DNA from: Vulgatibacter incomptus
GTDB taxonomy: Bacteria > Myxococcota > Myxococcia > Myxococcales > Vulgatibacteraceae
Direction of reading: 5' to 3'
NCBI RefSeq assembly: GCF_001263175.1
Contig: NZ_CP012332.1
Location: forward strand, 3,614,220-3,678,219
DNA: 64,000 nt
Part shown: positions 62,571 to 64,000 of the stretch, piece after piece
Layout of the letters: every line of letters begins with the position of its first letter
How positions within the stretch are numbered: position 1 is the stretch's first letter
The notes under the pieces: model-generated
The model's database searches: none
What the model saw: only the letters and a program-made list of their open reading frames with translations
Told to the model about the DNA's origin: nothing
Program-made: the position numbers and the translations under genes

Positions 62571-63308
62571 GTGGACGGGACCAAGGGCAGCGGAGCGAGG
62601 GTCGACGGCGGTCGAGTTCCCTTCCTCAACATCGACCTCGGCGAGCTCCCCGAGGAGCCGATCGAGCTCTACGAGTACGCGCAGCTCGCCAACATCGCCT
62701 GCGGTGGACATGCCGGCGACGCAGCGTCGATGAATCGCGCGCTGCGGCGATGCATGCGCTCGAGAGTTCGCGCGGGCGCGCATCCCTCATACCCGGACCG
62801 CGAGCACTTCGGACGGCGCAGCCAGGCCGTCACGCCTGCAGCCCTGCGCTCGGAGGTCCGCACACAGTGTGAGGGCCTCGCGGTCGTCGCCCGCGACCTC
62901 GGGATCGTGATCGAGGCGGTGAAGCCCCACGGCGCGCTCTACCACGATGCAAACCGGGACTCCGAGCTGGCGGCCGCGTTGATCGCCGGCGCCGTGGACG
63001 TCCTCGGCGGGATCACGATCCTCGGCCCTCCAGGTGGTGCGCTCGCCTCGTCGGCTTTGGCGGCAGGGCTCGCCTTCGCACGAGAGGGATTCGCCGATCG
63101 AGGGATGCTGCCGAGCGGCGAGCTCGTCCCGCGCGACCAACCGCACGCCCTCGTCGGCGATCCCGCGCTCGCCGCCGCACAGGCGGTTCGACTCGCGGCG
63201 CTCGGACGATACGACACGCTCTGTGTCCACGGCGACTCGCCCGGCTCCGTCGCGATCGCGCGGGCCGTGCGGGAGGCGCTCGATGCATGGGCGAGCGCCA
63301 CGCCATGA
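62571..63308 (+). CDS. pxpA: 5-oxoprolinase subunit A (LamB/YcsF family)
   Basis: 'NIDLGELPEE...LANIACGGHAGD' and 'VKPHGALYHD' match the LamB/YcsF family. The start is not certain. Confidence 0.8.
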   Translation: MDGTKGSGARVDGGRVPFLNIDLGELPEEPIELYEYAQLANIACGGHAGDAASMNRALRRCMRSRVRAGAHPSYPDREHFGRRSQAVTPAALRSEVRTQCEGLAVVARDLGIVIEAVKPHGALYHDANRDSELAAALIAGAVDVLGGITILGPPGGALASSALAAGLAFAREGFADRGMLPSGELVPRDQPHALVGDPALAAAQAVRLAALGRYDTLCVHGDSPGSVAIARAVREALDAWASATP

Positions 63309-63901
63309 CGAACGTCACGCCATTCGGAGACGGAGCGTTTCGGGTCGCGCTTCCCGAACGTGTGGAGCCGCGCATTGCGCTCGAGTCTTTGCGCAAGGTC
63401 CCAGGCGTCGTCGACGTCGTGGTGAGCGAGACCCACGCCTGTGTGACCTTCGATCCCCGTGGCCCGATCCCCGACCTTTCGACCGCGCTGGATGTGGCGG
63501 CACGGCCGATGGCCCGAGAGCCGGGGAGGCTGGAGATCGTGCAGATCCGCTACGACGGTCCTGACCTGGACGCGGTCGCCACTTTCGCGGGCCTCTCGGT
63601 CGAGGAGGCGATCGCGCTCCACCTGTCCCGCACCTACGAGGTGCGGGCGGTGGGCTTCCTCCCCGGCTTTGCATACCTGGGCGACACGGATCCGAGGATC
63701 GCGGCACCGCGGCTGCCGAACCCCCGCCCGCGCGTCCCCGCCCGTTCCGTCGGGATCGCGGGCGATCGCACCGGGATCTACCCGTTCGCCTCGCCCGGCG
63801 GCTGGCAGCTCGTCGGCACCGCGATCGACTTCGAACCCTTCGACCCCGACTCGGGAGCGCGGCTCCGACTCGGAGATCGGGTCCGGTTCGTCCGTGTCTG
63901 A
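63305..63901 (+). CDS. pxpB: 5-oxoprolinase subunit B (KipI / allophanate hydrolase subunit 1-like)
   Basis: ATGA overlap with pxpA. 'YEVRAVGFLPGFAYLG' and 'GIAGDRTGIYPFASPGGWQLVGT'. Confidence 0.8.
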   Translation: MTNVTPFGDGAFRVALPERVEPRIALESLRKVPGVVDVVVSETHACVTFDPRGPIPDLSTALDVAARPMAREPGRLEIVQIRYDGPDLDAVATFAGLSVEEAIALHLSRTYEVRAVGFLPGFAYLGDTDPRIAAPRLPNPRPRVPARSVGIAGDRTGIYPFASPGGWQLVGTAIDFEPFDPDSGARLRLGDRVRFVRV

Positions 63902-64000
63902 GCAGGCGGGTCATCTCGAGATCGTCTCCGTGAGCGGACTCGCGACCGTGCAGGACGCCGGCAGGCTCGGCTTCATGGATCAGGGGGTTCCGCCCGGCGG
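63894..64000 (+). CDS. pxpC: 5-oxoprolinase subunit C (KipA-like), 5' end only (runs off the window)
   Basis: 'LEIVSVSGLATVQDAGRLGFMDQGVPPGG' is a typical PxpC N-terminus. A GTG start overlaps the pxpB stop. Confidence 0.6.
   Translation, partial: MSEQAGHLEIVSVSGLATVQDAGRLGFMDQGVPPG

Overview
This is a roughly 70% GC window with myxobacterial hallmarks: a MYXO-CTERM sorting tail, Cys-rich 'C..DG..GE.CD' repeats and large Cys-repeat/EGF-like secreted proteins. It is probably Myxococcota. No rRNA, tRNA, CRISPR array, transposase or integrase was seen.

The first half carries regulators and detoxification genes:
- a two-component pair, a DUF2306-like membrane protein and a lipoprotein;
- two paralogous divergent LysR-pirin pairs;
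- a TetR / MBL-hydrolase / NmrA-like unit;
- an arsR-acr3-arsC operon with an adjacent CheR-type methyltransferase and an FMN reductase;
- ABC-F, MarR, SDR, alpha/beta hydrolase, YdeI-like and CorA genes.

The centre (about 24-31 kb) holds a 1449-aa multidomain protein with a Gly-rich linker and a C-terminal SxxK...YxN...KxG serine-hydrolase (beta-lactamase-fold) domain. It sits with tag (3-methyladenine glycosylase I) and a VOC gene. This 6-kb segment is bracketed by two copies of a roughly 150-bp non-coding direct repeat.

Further on are a flotillin, GNAT, PatB-like C-S lyase and a methyltransferase, then a defense/mobile-remnant patch: Fic, an HTH-GNAT fusion, an AbiEi-like fragment and a frameshifted AlbA_2/HATPase_c_4 gene.

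Immediately after that is a four-gene, translationally coupled Wadjet type II-like operon, jetABCD. The SMC-like jetC carries an in-frame TGA, so it may be a pseudogene or a sequencing error.

The whole roughly 42-kb accessory stretch is bracketed by two inverted paralogous Cys-rich repeat / EGF-like secreted-protein genes.

The 3' part has:
- a TPMT/patatin pair;
- an FG-GAP protein followed by one stop-free 1231-aa ORF. That ORF joins a P-domain/MYXO-CTERM protein to a second secreted protein that has its own signal peptide and two tandem copies of an unrecognised roughly 300-aa domain;
- DHFR-like and two ArsR-SRPBCC pairs;
- pxpABC.
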